Source: Candidatus Latescibacterota bacterium (GTDB lineage Bacteria > Latescibacterota > UBA2968). Taken from it: a DNA stretch of 64,000 bases. Under the pieces are notes generated by a model. It searched no databases. It had not been told where the DNA came from and was given only the letters and a program-made list of their open reading frames with translations. The DNA lies in contig OZ220741.1 of assembly GCA_965116885.1 (NCBI GenBank), positions 2,496,001 through 2,560,000 of the forward strand, given 5' to 3'. This document shows, piece after piece, positions 42,714-53,126 of this stretch (positions are counted from its first letter, which is position 1; every line of letters starts with the position of its first letter). Made by a program: the position numbers and the translations under genes.

Positions 42714-43451
42714 ATGGCTTATTTTACCGACGAAGAGAAATTGCATTTTAAAGAACAGGGGTATGTTGTCAAACGCGATGTCGTGCCGATGCATTTGATC
42801 GATAAGGCGGTGGATGTGTTGTGGGAGGAGATTGAGGCAGATCGCGATGATCCCGAAACGTGGATCAATGCGGGGCCGAAGGGAAATTTGAAATGCAGCA
42901 GTCATCCCGATGTGCGGGCGACGTTGACGGAGACGCCGATTCAGGATATGTGCGAAGAGATGGTGGGTAAAGGGACTCTGGCAGTGTCGAATTACACGTT
43001 TGCCAAGATGATTTATCCCGAAGGGCACGACAATTGGACGACGGCCAGACAGATGCATCTGGATGGCTATACGTGTGAAGGCGTGGTGGATACTTTTGCG
43101 ATCGCGGTGACGGTGAATATCAATCACGTTAAGCCGCGTTCGGGAGGGTTTTCGATATGGCCGGGTGCTCACAAGCGGGCATACGAGTATTTTAAGACGC
43201 ACAGTCTGGTGAATGGGTTAGATGCGTTTCGCAATGAGCGGGGGGAATATTACGACCTTCCCACGCCGGTTGATGTTACAGGGCCACCGGGTACGGTGAC
43301 GTTCTGGCATCATTTGATGTTGCACAGCCCCGGGGTAAATTGTGGGCGGGATATTCGCATGGCATTTGTGAGCCGATTTCGGCGGCGGGATAATAACGAT
43401 ATGCGCTTTGAGACGCCGGATGATATGTGGGCGTATTGGGATGGATTATAA
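42714..43451 (+). CDS. Phytanoyl-CoA dioxygenase (PhyH) family protein
   Basis: FKEQGYVV, HLD, WPGAH and LH…N…R motifs. Confidence 0.85.
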   Translation: MAYFTDEEKLHFKEQGYVVKRDVVPMHLIDKAVDVLWEEIEADRDDPETWINAGPKGNLKCSSHPDVRATLTETPIQDMCEEMVGKGTLAVSNYTFAKMIYPEGHDNWTTARQMHLDGYTCEGVVDTFAIAVTVNINHVKPRSGGFSIWPGAHKRAYEYFKTHSLVNGLDAFRNERGEYYDLPTPVDVTGPPGTVTFWHHLMLHSPGVNCGRDIRMAFVSRFRRRDNNDMRFETPDDMWAYWDGL

Positions 43452-43470
43452 GCCGATTTCTCGTTGAAAG

Positions 43471-43507
43471 ACAAAAGGCCAAGACAGCAAACGTCCTGGC
43501 CTTTTGT
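43471..43507 (+). terminator. Intrinsic terminator-like hairpin
   Basis: ACAAAAGGCCA…TGGCCTTTTGT. Confidence 0.65.
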
Positions 43508-43607
43508 ATTGTTGCCAATTAGATGAGCAGTCAAGTTGGTGTCAATTGACAGTTGATATGACTTTGCACATATTAGGAGCTACTAAACCAGTTGGTATTT
43601 TAGACCT

Positions 43608-46600
43608 ATGACCTCTAAAAACGAACAAATAAAAAAACGCAGATCACGCAGAAAGCGGCCGAGTCTGATGTCGGCTGTGTGGTCGCTGTTGCCCGCGTGT
43701 ATGCTCAAAGATGGCATGGAGATTGCGCGGCAGTTGCGGCAAATACAGCGGCAAAAGCGGCGCGATACGGCGCGGTTGAAGAAATTGAAGGTACAGGCAG
43801 AGCGGTCGGCGGCGTTGCGGAAAGACCGCGGGGAGAATCCGCTGTCTGTGACGTATCCAGAAGCGTTGCCGATTTCGGCGCGGAAGGATGAGATTGTCAG
43901 GGCGATTCGAGAACATCCGGTGGTGATTGTGGCGGGTGAGACGGGATCGGGAAAGACGACGCAGTTGCCCAAGATGTGTTTGGAGGCTGGCCGTGGTGTG
44001 GCGGCGAAGATTGCGTGTACTCAACCCCGGCGCGTGGCGGCGCTGTCGGTGTCGCGGCGTATTGCAGAGGAGTTAAATGTCGCGTGGGGTGCCGAGGTGG
44101 GGTGCAAAATTCGGTTTAAGGATGAGACTGCGCCCGAGACGCGGATCAAGATGATGACGGATGGGATGTTGCTCGCGGAGATTCAGGGCGATCCGAATTT
44201 GTATGAGTACGATACGATTATTATTGATGAGGCGCATGAGCGCAGTTTGAATATCGATTTTTTGCTGGGGTATTTGCGTCTGTTGCAAAAGCGCCGCCCC
44301 GAGTTGCGGATCGTGATTACATCGGCGACGATTGATACGGAGGCGTTTTCAAAGGCGTTTGACAATGCGCCCATTATTGAAGTGTCCGGGCGGATGTATC
44401 CGGTGGATGTGCAATACTGGCCTATAGAAGATCTCTCCGGGGAGACGTATATCGATGCGGCGGTGACCGCAGTGGATATGGTGGTTGATGCGGGACGCGG
44501 CGATGTTCTGGTTTTTATGCCCACGGAGAAGGATATCCACGAGACGCGCAGGCGTTTGGAGGGGCGACACTTCCGCTTTACAGAAATTTTGCCGCTGTTT
44601 GGGCGGTTGACAGCGGGCGATCAACAGAAGGTGTTTCACAAGCAGAGATATCGGCGCATTGTGGTGGCGACGAATATTGCGGAGACGTCGATTACGATTC
44701 CGGGTATTCGATATGTGATCGATACGGGGCTGGCGCGAATCAGCCGGCACAATCCGCGCAATCAGACGCATCGGCTACCGGTGGAGGAGATTTCTCAAAG
44801 CAGTGCCAGGCAGCGAGCAGGGCGGTGTGGGCGCGTGCAAAATGGGGTGTGTATTCGTCTGTACGATGAGAAGAGTTTTCTCTCGCGACCAGAGTACACG
44901 CAGCCCGAGATCCAGCGGTCGGATTTGGCTGAGGTTATTTTGCGGATGATTGCGCTGCGGCTGGGCGATGTCGAGACGTTTCCATTTATTGATCCCCCCC
45001 GTTCTCAGGCGATTCAGGGGGGATTTAATGTGTTGAGGGCGTTGGATGCGATTGATGATAACAAGCGTCTGACGCCGTTGGGACGCGATATGGCGCGTTT
45101 GCCGCTTGCGCCGACAGTATCGCGGATGATTTTGCAAGCCCGGAAAGAACGCGCTTTGCGCGAGGTGCTGGTTATTGCGTCGGCAATCAGCATTCAGGAT
45201 CCGCGCGTGCGGCCGCTCGAGCAAGAGAAGGCGGCAGATCAGGAACACAAGCGGTTTGTGGATGGAGAATCGGATTTTATCGCGCTGCTGAATATCTGGA
45301 AGGCGTATCACGATACGTTTGAGAAATTGAGAACGCAGAGCCAGATGCGGAGATTTTGCAAGCAGCATTTTTTGTCTTTTAATCGCATGCGCGAATGGCG
45401 CGATATTTATATGCAGATCCGACACACTCTGCGCGAGATGGGTGATTTTCGGATGAATCGGGACGATGCGGGATACGATGCGATTCATCGGTCGGTGGTG
45501 AGTGGGTTGTTGGGCAATGTGGCGCAAAAGAAGGAAGGCAATATGTATCGCGCAGCGCGCGGGCGCGATGTGATGTTGTTTCCGGGGTCTGGTTTGTTTC
45601 AACGGAGAGAGGGAAGCGAGGAAGATAAAAAGAATACACCCGGTTGGGTGGTGGCTGCAGAGGTGGTGGAGACGTCGCGTTTGTTTGCGCGCACTGTGGC
45701 TCGCATACAGCCGTCCTGGCTGGTGGAATTGGGCGCGCATTTGTGCCGGGCGTCTTATAAGGAGCCGTTTTACAGCGTGCGGTCGGGGCGGGTGCTGGCG
45801 ACCGAGACATTGACGTTGCACGGTTTGCAGGTGGGGCAAAAGCGCGTGGGATATGGACGCATAGATGCCAGTGCTGCGACGGAGATTTTTATCCGCGAGG
45901 CTCTGGTGAATGATGAGGTGGCGTTGCCATATCCATTTGTGACGCAGAATCGGGATTTGCGCGCGCGCGTGGAAACCTGGCAGATGCAACAGCGTTTGAT
46001 GCAATTTCTGGATCTGGACGAGGCTGCGTATCGGTTTTATGCCGAGCGATTGGAGAATATATCTTCCACGCACGATTTAAATCGCTTGATCAAGAGAAAG
46101 GGCGCGGATTTTTTGCTGATGTCCGAAAAGCATCTGGCGGGTGAGCAGGTGGATTTTGATCGGGATGCGTTTCCCGATTTTTTGGAGGTGGATGGCGAAC
46201 AGGTGCCGCTTTCTTATGCGTATCGGCCCGGACAGGATCGGGATGGCGTGACGTTGCAACTGCCGTACAAGATGGTGCATTTTGTACAGCCGGAGGTGCT
46301 GGACTGGCTGGTGCCGGGGTTGTTGGAAGAAAAGATCACGCATTTGTTGCGCGGGCTTCCAAAAAGTATTCGCAAGCGGTTTGTTCCCGTGCCGGATAAG
46401 GCGCGAGAGATTGCCGCGGTTTTGCAACCGACGCACAGTGCGTTTTTGGATTCGCTGTCTGCCCATATTTTGAGTCATTACGGTATTGAGATTTCTCAGA
46501 ACGATTGGAATGTGCGCGATTTGCCCGACCATTTGCAGATGCGCGTGGAAGTTCGAGACGAGAAAGAGAAGGCGATTGTGGCAGCGCGGGATTTGCGCGT

Positions 46601-47501
46601 GTTGCGCGAGCAGTTAGACGCGCGCGAAGAAGATGTGCAGTCCGATGCGTGGATGCGGGCGCAGAAGCAGGTGTCGCGCCGAGATGTGACGGGGCAGACG
46701 ATAGGTGAATTGCCCGAGCGCGTAGAGGTGATGCAAGCCGGTGGGATGCCGGTGTTTGGCTATGTGGGGTTGAAGCGCGAGGGGGATCGCGTGGATGTGT
46801 GTTTGTTTAAGCGCGCAGACGAGGCAGAACGCGAGACCCGGGCGGGTTGGATGCGGTTGTGCGAGCGCGAAATGCGGGATGAGATGCGGGCGTTGAAGCG
46901 GTCTTTGGGCGATTTGGCACAATTTGAGGGGGGGCGCGAGGCTTTGCGCGAGGGCGCGTACGCAAATTTAATGGCGCATCTGTTCACGCGCGAAGCGGCG
47001 TTTCCCATAACGCGCCAGCGCTTTGATTCGCGGGTTCAACAGGCGCGGTTGTATTTGCAGCATCTGGCGCCGCAATTGATTCAGGCGATGGCGTCGCTGT
47101 TTGAGACGCATCGAGAAATCCGCCTGTTGCGCGGTGGATATCCCGAGATGGAGGCCGATGTCGCGCGTTTGATGCCGACGGATTTTTTGCGACAAACGCC
47201 TTATGATCAGGTGTTGCATTTGAGTCGGTTTTTGAAGGCGATTGTGATACGGGCCGAACGCGCGATGCTCGATCCGATGAAGGACCGACAAAAGGCCGAG
47301 CAGGTTCAACCCTTTCAAGATGCGGTGGATGAGTTGATGGATTCGGAGTTGACGGGGGAGAAGCGCGATGCAGTGCAGGCACTACGGTGGATGGTCGAGG
47401 AGTTTCGGGTGTCGGTTTTTGCACAGGAACTCGGCACGGCGCAAAAGGTGTCGCCAAAGCGGTTGTACGATAAATTGGAGCAGGTGAGAGGGATGGCGTA
47501 G
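43608..47501 (+). CDS. hrpA: ATP-dependent RNA helicase HrpA
   Basis: GETGSGKTTQLP, DEAH, QRAGRCGR and C-terminal EEFRVSVFAQELGT. Confidence 0.96.
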   Translation: MTSKNEQIKKRRSRRKRPSLMSAVWSLLPACMLKDGMEIARQLRQIQRQKRRDTARLKKLKVQAERSAALRKDRGENPLSVTYPEALPISARKDEIVRAIREHPVVIVAGETGSGKTTQLPKMCLEAGRGVAAKIACTQPRRVAALSVSRRIAEELNVAWGAEVGCKIRFKDETAPETRIKMMTDGMLLAEIQGDPNLYEYDTIIIDEAHERSLNIDFLLGYLRLLQKRRPELRIVITSATIDTEAFSKAFDNAPIIEVSGRMYPVDVQYWPIEDLSGETYIDAAVTAVDMVVDAGRGDVLVFMPTEKDIHETRRRLEGRHFRFTEILPLFGRLTAGDQQKVFHKQRYRRIVVATNIAETSITIPGIRYVIDTGLARISRHNPRNQTHRLPVEEISQSSARQRAGRCGRVQNGVCIRLYDEKSFLSRPEYTQPEIQRSDLAEVILRMIALRLGDVETFPFIDPPRSQAIQGGFNVLRALDAIDDNKRLTPLGRDMARLPLAPTVSRMILQARKERALREVLVIASAISIQDPRVRPLEQEKAADQEHKRFVDGESDFIALLNIWKAYHDTFEKLRTQSQMRRFCKQHFLSFNRMREWRDIYMQIRHTLREMGDFRMNRDDAGYDAIHRSVVSGLLGNVAQKKEGNMYRAARGRDVMLFPGSGLFQRREGSEEDKKNTPGWVVAAEVVETSRLFARTVARIQPSWLVELGAHLCRASYKEPFYSVRSGRVLATETLTLHGLQVGQKRVGYGRIDASAATEIFIREALVNDEVALPYPFVTQNRDLRARVETWQMQQRLMQFLDLDEAAYRFYAERLENISSTHDLNRLIKRKGADFLLMSEKHLAGEQVDFDRDAFPDFLEVDGEQVPLSYAYRPGQDRDGVTLQLPYKMVHFVQPEVLDWLVPGLLEEKITHLLRGLPKSIRKRFVPVPDKAREIAAVLQPTHSAFLDSLSAHILSHYGIEISQNDWNVRDLPDHLQMRVEVRDEKEKAIVAARDLRVLREQLDAREEDVQSDAWMRAQKQVSRRDVTGQTIGELPERVEVMQAGGMPVFGYVGLKREGDRVDVCLFKRADEAERETRAGWMRLCEREMRDEMRALKRSLGDLAQFEGGREALREGAYANLMAHLFTREAAFPITRQRFDSRVQQARLYLQHLAPQLIQAMASLFETHREIRLLRGGYPEMEADVARLMPTDFLRQTPYDQVLHLSRFLKAIVIRAERAMLDPMKDRQKAEQVQPFQDAVDELMDSELTGEKRDAVQALRWMVEEFRVSVFAQELGTAQKVSPKRLYDKLEQVRGMA

Positions 47502-47504
47502 TTT

Positions 47505-49283
47505 ATGAGTCTCAATTTTTTTAAGCCCTTTGCGGAGTATGTATATCCCCATCGGTGGAAGATTTTTTGGGGATTGGTGCTGTTGCTGGGTACGCAAGCG
47601 GTTCAGGCGCTTGTTCCGTTGTTGATGAAATGGGCGATTGACACGGCCAAAGCGGGGCTGGATGCCGGGGATCTTACTGGTGATGTGGTCGATACAATCA
47701 CGGGTACCCCGATGGGCGATTTGCAGATGTACGGAGCACTCATGGTCGTGCTCGGTATCGCGCAATGGGGCATGTCCTTTGGGATGCGCTGGTTTATTGC
47801 CAGTGCTTCTCGCTTTATAGAGCGCGATATTCGCACGATTTATGTGCGACATATTGTGCGGCTACCGATGAGTTTTTTTCAGGCGCAGCGCGTGGGCGAT
47901 TTAATGGCGCGAGCGACCAATGATGTGGAAGCGATTCAGCGGTTTTTTTATTTTGCGTATCGCCTGTCGCTACAGGCGGTTTTGAGTTTTGTGATCAGTC
48001 TCATTTTGATGTGCATCATTGACTGGCAGTTGGCGCTTTTGGCGCTGGCTCCTATGCCCGTGATGGCTTTTTGTGCGCGGTGGGTCGGGCAAAAGGTGCG
48101 CGTGGGCTACCGACGGGTTCAGGAACAATTTGCCGCCGTTAGTTCAAAAATTCAGGAAAATTTGACGGGTATGCGAATGGTCAAAGCCTTTGCCCTGCGC
48201 CCGCTTGAGATTGTGGATTTCGGGATTCTCAATGAGGAGTACGTCACGCGCAACCGCCATCTGATTAAGATCCGCAGTCTGTATTATCCGTTCACGTTTT
48301 TGTTGAGTGGTGTTTCTATGATTGTGATTTTGTGGCTGGGCGGTCTGCGGGTGATTGAGGGGAGTTTGAGTCTGGGGGCATTTGTGGCGTTCAATGCGTA
48401 TTTGTTGCGTATGAGTCGCCCGATGTCGATGTTGGGGCGAATTGTCGATGAGTATCAACGCGCCGTGGCTTCGCTGAGGCGTATTGAAGAGGTTTTGAAA
48501 GTATCGCCGCAACCCGATGTGGTGGGTGGTACAACGGGGGATATCAGAGGGGAGATCGAGTTTCGCAATGCGAATTTTTCGTACAATGGTCAACGGGTGC
48601 TCAAAGATATCAATCTTCGGATTCCAGCGGGAAGTACGCTTGCGGTGGTGGGGCGCGTGGGGTCGGGAAAATCCACGCTGGCGCGGTTGATCCCCCGGTT
48701 GATCCAGGCGGATGAAGGGCGGGTTTTTATCGATGGCAAGCCGGTGGAAGAGATACCGCTTCAGACGATTCGAGACGCGACCGGGTATGTGCCGCAGGAC
48801 GCTTTTTTGTTTTCGGATACGATTCGGGAGAATGTGGCTTTGGGTACGCGGGCAGAGGGCGATGTTGCGCGCGCGACTGAGATTTCGCAGTTGGCTCCGG
48901 ATTTGCACCTTTTTCCCGATGAGTTGGAGACGATTGTGGGAGAGCGGGGGGTCACGCTTTCGGGGGGACAAAAACAGCGCACAGCAATTGCGCGCGCGGT
49001 GATCCGAGAGCCGCAGATTCTGATTATGGACGATGCATTGGCGAGTGTGGATACGCGGACAGAGGAAGAGATTCTCAAACAGTTGCGCGAGATTATGGCT
49101 TCGCGCACGACGATTTTGATTGCCCATCGCATTTCGACTGTGAAAGATGCCGATCATATTATTGTGCTGGATGAAGGGCGCATTGTAGAGCAGGGGGCAC
49201 ACGACGAATTGGTTGCACGCGATGGGATTTACGCCGATATGTTTCGACGCCAGCACCTGGCTCAGGAATTGGAGAGTTTTTAA
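47505..49283 (+). CDS. ABC exporter, TMD+NBD subunit (degenerate Walker B)
   Basis: GRVGSGKST, LSGGQKQR and MDDA motifs. Confidence 0.93.
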   Translation: MSLNFFKPFAEYVYPHRWKIFWGLVLLLGTQAVQALVPLLMKWAIDTAKAGLDAGDLTGDVVDTITGTPMGDLQMYGALMVVLGIAQWGMSFGMRWFIASASRFIERDIRTIYVRHIVRLPMSFFQAQRVGDLMARATNDVEAIQRFFYFAYRLSLQAVLSFVISLILMCIIDWQLALLALAPMPVMAFCARWVGQKVRVGYRRVQEQFAAVSSKIQENLTGMRMVKAFALRPLEIVDFGILNEEYVTRNRHLIKIRSLYYPFTFLLSGVSMIVILWLGGLRVIEGSLSLGAFVAFNAYLLRMSRPMSMLGRIVDEYQRAVASLRRIEEVLKVSPQPDVVGGTTGDIRGEIEFRNANFSYNGQRVLKDINLRIPAGSTLAVVGRVGSGKSTLARLIPRLIQADEGRVFIDGKPVEEIPLQTIRDATGYVPQDAFLFSDTIRENVALGTRAEGDVARATEISQLAPDLHLFPDELETIVGERGVTLSGGQKQRTAIARAVIREPQILIMDDALASVDTRTEEEILKQLREIMASRTTILIAHRISTVKDADHIIVLDEGRIVEQGAHDELVARDGIYADMFRRQHLAQELESF

Positions 49284-49284
49284 T

Positions 49285-49314
49285 CCGCAGATGGGCGCAG
49301 ATAGGCGCAGATAA
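49285..49314 (+). repeat. 3 x 10-bp tandem repeat (CGCAGAT core)
   Basis: ccgcagatgg gcgcagatag gcgcagataa. Confidence 0.7.
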
Positions 49315-49326
49315 GAGGCGATAATT

Positions 49327-49450
49327 TGTAGGGGCAGTGCGTGAACGGGTCTGGACAGCGCCCCGTTGTAAACCGCTCGTGCCTGCCCATTGTAGGGGCG
49401 GTGCCCCTGTGCCTGCCCATTGTAGGGGCGGTGCCCCTGTGCCCGCCCAT
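49327..49450 (+). repeat. Cluster of GTAG-type REP elements (one interrupted plus two tandem 30-bp copies)
   Basis: TGTAGGGGCGGTGCCCCTGTGCCYGCCCAT at 49391 and 49421; an interrupted copy starts at 49327. Confidence 0.85.
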
Positions 49451-49467
49451 AAGAGTAAGGTTCTACG

Positions 49468-51222
49468 ATGGAAGAAGAGGAAATTGGTCATAAGGGTTTT
49501 GATCTGCGTTTGATGGCGCGGTTGATGAACTTTCTCAGGCCCTACAAGTGGTGGGTTGTTCTGACGTTTGTGCTCATTATTGTCGCATCGGTTGTGCGGC
49601 AGGCCGGGCCTTATTTGACCAAGATTGCGGTGGATGATTATATCGTGCCGGGAGATGCGGATGGGTTGACCTATCTGGTCATGATCTATATCGGTCTGCT
49701 TGTCGCGCAATTCGGGGTGGGGTATTGCCAGAGTTGGACGACCAATATGATTGGGCAATGGGCTATGCACGATGTGCGGTTGCAGATTTTTATGCATTTG
49801 CAGCGGTTGCCCATGCGTTTTTTCGACCGCACGCCTGTGGGGCGTTTGATGGCGCGCAATACAAATGATGTGGATGCCCTCAACGAGTTGTTTACCGATG
49901 GCATTGTGTCGATGATCAGCGATATTTTTACGATTATTACGATTCTCGCATACATTTTTTATATGGATGTTACGCTCGGTTTGATGATCTGTCTCGCATT
50001 GCCGGTGGCTTTTGTCGCAACGATGTGGCTGCAGAATAAGACCTTTTTTGCGTATCGCGTTGCGCGCACGCTGTTCGCGCGATTTAGTTCTTCGTTGCAG
50101 GAGACCGTGTCCGGGATGGAGGTGGTGCAGTTATTCGGTTGCGAAGATCGCTGTGTGAAGCGGTTTGAAGATCCGAATAAGGAGTATCTGGATGCGCGGT
50201 TAAAGAGTGCGTATTACCATGCGATTTATTTTCCGATTATGGAGTTGGGCGGTGTTTTGTTGTCTGCTTTGGTGTTGTGGTATGGCGGCGCACGGGTGCT
50301 GGACGAGGAGATCCAGTGGGGCGTGCTCGTGGCGATGTTGCAGTATGTTCCGCGGTTTTTTATGCCTCTCCGCGATATTGCCGATCGCTTTACCGTGCTT
50401 CAGGTTGCGATGGCGTCTTCAGAGCGCATTTTTGAGTTGCTGGATACAAAACCAGAATCGCTTGGCGGCACTGTGAAGGCAGATCACTTGAAGGGCGAGA
50501 TCGAGTTTCAAAATGTCTGGTTTGCGTACAATGAAGGCGAATGGGTGTTGCGCGATGTGTCTTTTCGCGTTGCGCCAGGGCAGAGTTTGGCATTGGTTGG
50601 GGCGACGGGCGCGGGTAAGAGTACGGTGATTGGTCTGGTGTGTCGGTTTTACGATATTCAGCGGGGGGCGATTCTGGTGGATGGTGTCGATATTCGCGAG
50701 TGGGATGTGGAGGAGCTTCGCAGACGCATTGGGGTCGTGCAACAGGATGTTTTTCTTTTTGCTGGCGATATTGAAGACAATATTAGCCTGGGACATCCGC
50801 GCATTAGCCGCCAGGAGGTCGAGCAAGCCGCGCGCGATGTCAATGCGGACCGGTTTATCGACAAGTTGCCCGATACCTATCAGCACGAGGTCCTGGAGCG
50901 GGGCAGTTCTCTGTCGGTTGGTCAGCGTCAGTTGATATCTTTTGCGCGTACCCTGGCTTCTGGACCGGATATTCTCATTCTGGATGAGGCGACGGCGAAT
51001 GTGGATACGGAGACCGAGATGTGGATTCAGGATGCGGTGGCAAAGTTGATGCGGTCGCGGACTTCGATTGCGATTGCACACCGTCTTTCGACCATTCGAA
51101 ATGCGGATAATATTCTGGTGATGCACCGCGGGCAAATCCGCGAGGAAGGCGACCACGATACGCTGCTCAAGCAGAATGGGATTTATGCCCGGCTTTACCA
51201 GTTGCAGTATCAAGAGGAGTAG
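49468..51222 (+). CDS. ABC exporter, TMD+NBD subunit (consensus Walker B); likely heterodimer partner
   Basis: GATGAGKST, LSVGQRQ and LDEAT motifs. Confidence 0.93.
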   Translation: MEEEEIGHKGFDLRLMARLMNFLRPYKWWVVLTFVLIIVASVVRQAGPYLTKIAVDDYIVPGDADGLTYLVMIYIGLLVAQFGVGYCQSWTTNMIGQWAMHDVRLQIFMHLQRLPMRFFDRTPVGRLMARNTNDVDALNELFTDGIVSMISDIFTIITILAYIFYMDVTLGLMICLALPVAFVATMWLQNKTFFAYRVARTLFARFSSSLQETVSGMEVVQLFGCEDRCVKRFEDPNKEYLDARLKSAYYHAIYFPIMELGGVLLSALVLWYGGARVLDEEIQWGVLVAMLQYVPRFFMPLRDIADRFTVLQVAMASSERIFELLDTKPESLGGTVKADHLKGEIEFQNVWFAYNEGEWVLRDVSFRVAPGQSLALVGATGAGKSTVIGLVCRFYDIQRGAILVDGVDIREWDVEELRRRIGVVQQDVFLFAGDIEDNISLGHPRISRQEVEQAARDVNADRFIDKLPDTYQHEVLERGSSLSVGQRQLISFARTLASGPDILILDEATANVDTETEMWIQDAVAKLMRSRTSIAIAHRLSTIRNADNILVMHRGQIREEGDHDTLLKQNGIYARLYQLQYQEE

Positions 51223-51272
51223 GGATCGGCGGAACGGTGTGCTATTGACCGCCTCTCAGGTTAGTTCATCAG

Positions 51273-51300
51273 TGTAGGGGCGGTGCCCCTGTGCCCGCCC
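51273..51300 (+). repeat. GTAG-type REP element
   Basis: TGTAGGGGCGGTGCCCCTGTGCCCGCCC. Confidence 0.85.
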
Positions 51301-51351
51301 GTTTGGTGGGATGGATTCGTCTATTCGTTCTTTATTTCAAGGAGGTGCAAT

Positions 51352-52233
51352 ATGTTGTTCGGAGAAGGCGATTATCGGTACGAGGAAGTCGAGGGATGGG
51401 CGAAGTTGCCCGAGGGATGGGTGTTTACACAGGTGTCGGATGCCGCGGTGGATTCACAGGGCCGCATTTACGCCTTTACGCGCGGTATTCATCCCGTGGT
51501 CGTGTTTGATAAGGATGGCAATTTTATTACGTCGTGGGGGTATGGCGATTTTGGTATTTCGCCGAATTTGATCAGTCAGTCACACGGCATTTTTATCGAT
51601 CCGGACGATAAGGTGTTTTTGACGGATTCGTTTCAGCATATTGTCAGGCGTTATACCCGACTGGGGGAGTTGGAGCGCGAATGGGGCAATCGCGGGGTTC
51701 CGGGTCCGACATTTCACCGCAGGGAATACAATATGCCGACGGGTGTTGCTTATGCGCCAGATGGCAATTCGTTTTACGTGTCGGATGGGTATGGCAGCCG
51801 GTGTGTTCACAAGTATTCGCGCGAGGGCGAGCATATCGGGGTGTGGGGCGAGGGGGGCAGTGGGCCGGGGCAGTTTGCATTGGTACACAATATCGGGTGC
51901 GATAAGACCGGGCGGGTTCTGGTGTGCGACCGGGAGAATAATCGCATTCAGATTTTTGATCCAGATGGCAAGTTTATGGAGATGTGGACCGATGTGATGA
52001 TGCCGGGGGATGTGTGGATTACGGATGACAATACGATTTATGTGGCAGAGCAGGGGGGCGGGGGACGCATTAGCGTGTGGTCTGCGGATGGGGAGTTGAT
52101 TTGCCGCTTTCAAGATCAGAGTGCTGTGCAGTCGCCGCATGGGCTTTGCGTGGATGACGAGGGCAGTATTTATGTGGCTGAGATCGGTATGGAGGGAAAG
52201 GGACAGCGGTTGCAGAAGTTTGCGAGGGTTTAG
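51352..52233 (+). CDS. NHL-repeat / peptidyl-alpha-hydroxyglycine lyase-like protein
   Basis: SHGIFID, YVSDGYG, GSGPGQF and DRENNRIQIF motifs; GGAGG RBS. Confidence 0.85.
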   Translation: MLFGEGDYRYEEVEGWAKLPEGWVFTQVSDAAVDSQGRIYAFTRGIHPVVVFDKDGNFITSWGYGDFGISPNLISQSHGIFIDPDDKVFLTDSFQHIVRRYTRLGELEREWGNRGVPGPTFHRREYNMPTGVAYAPDGNSFYVSDGYGSRCVHKYSREGEHIGVWGEGGSGPGQFALVHNIGCDKTGRVLVCDRENNRIQIFDPDGKFMEMWTDVMMPGDVWITDDNTIYVAEQGGGGRISVWSADGELICRFQDQSAVQSPHGLCVDDEGSIYVAEIGMEGKGQRLQKFARV

Positions 52234-52266
52234 GTTTTTAAGTAATTACAACATAGCGAGGTTTTT

Positions 52267-53010
52267 ATGGCTACACCAAATCGCATTCTCGAGCGTTATC
52301 GCAATGGCGAAAAGGCCGTTGGCGTGCAGATGAGTTTTGTTTCGGAAATTGTGATTGAAGTGGCGGCTAAGATGGGGATGGATTTTATTTCGCTGGATGG
52401 GCAGCACGGGGCGTTGACGCTGCCGACTATTGAGACGGTTTGTCGCCTTTGCGATGCTTATGGTATGACGCCTACTATGCGGGTTGTGGATCAGTCCGAG
52501 GCGGCTATTTTGACGGCGCTGGACCGGGGTATGCAGATGATTACGGTGCCCAATTTGCAGACTGCTGAGGAGGCCGAGCGGATTGTGCAGTTTGGTTTTT
52601 ACGGGCCTTTGGGTCGGCGGAGCGCGATGAGCCAGCGCGTGGCTTATGGTTTGAATGATACCAGCGATAGTCGGAAGATTTTTGAGTTTACAAATGACAA
52701 TACGATTATTGTGCCGCAGCTCGAGAGCAAGACGGCTTTTGACAATTTGGATGAGATTCTCCAGGTTGATGGGCTTATGTTTTTTGCGGGCGGTCCGCAA
52801 GATATTGCGCAGTCTATGGGGTACCCCGGAGAGCCGAATCATCCAGAGTGCATAGCGGCGTATGAGGCGGCGTGTGAGAAGGTGCGCGCGGCAGGGAAGC
52901 ACATGAGTGGCGATGTGATGGTTAGTCTGGATGCCTTTGGGGCGATTTACGATGCGGGGAAGGCGTTGCTCGAAGCACACGGCCGCGAGTGCGGTATGAA
53001 GATTGGGTAA
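52267..53010 (+). CDS. HpcH/HpaI aldolase family protein
   Basis: LDGQHG, QLES and GPQDIAQSMG motifs. Confidence 0.87.
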   Translation: MATPNRILERYRNGEKAVGVQMSFVSEIVIEVAAKMGMDFISLDGQHGALTLPTIETVCRLCDAYGMTPTMRVVDQSEAAILTALDRGMQMITVPNLQTAEEAERIVQFGFYGPLGRRSAMSQRVAYGLNDTSDSRKIFEFTNDNTIIVPQLESKTAFDNLDEILQVDGLMFFAGGPQDIAQSMGYPGEPNHPECIAAYEAACEKVRAAGKHMSGDVMVSLDAFGAIYDAGKALLEAHGRECGMKIG

Positions 53011-53029
53011 AGATATCGGTGTGCGATAT

Positions 53030-53115
53030 TGTAGGGGCGGTGCCCCCGTGCCCGCCCGCTGGGTGGCTGGGTGGGGTTCGTTGATTCGCTGATTCGTCTA
53101 TTCGCTGATTCGTTT
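53030..53115 (+). repeat. REP element followed by about 5 x 8-bp ATTCG-core tandem repeats
   Basis: TGTAGGGGCGGTGCCCCCGTGCCCGCCC (53030-53057); gttcgttg attcgctg attcgtct attcgctg attcgttt (53076-53115). Confidence 0.8.
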
Positions 53116-53126
53116 GCGAGGTACAT

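Noticed and set aside
49327..49450. CRISPR array
   Set aside because: The 30-bp units are adjacent with no unique spacers, there are no cas genes, and the same unit is dispersed in other intergenic gaps, so these are REPs.
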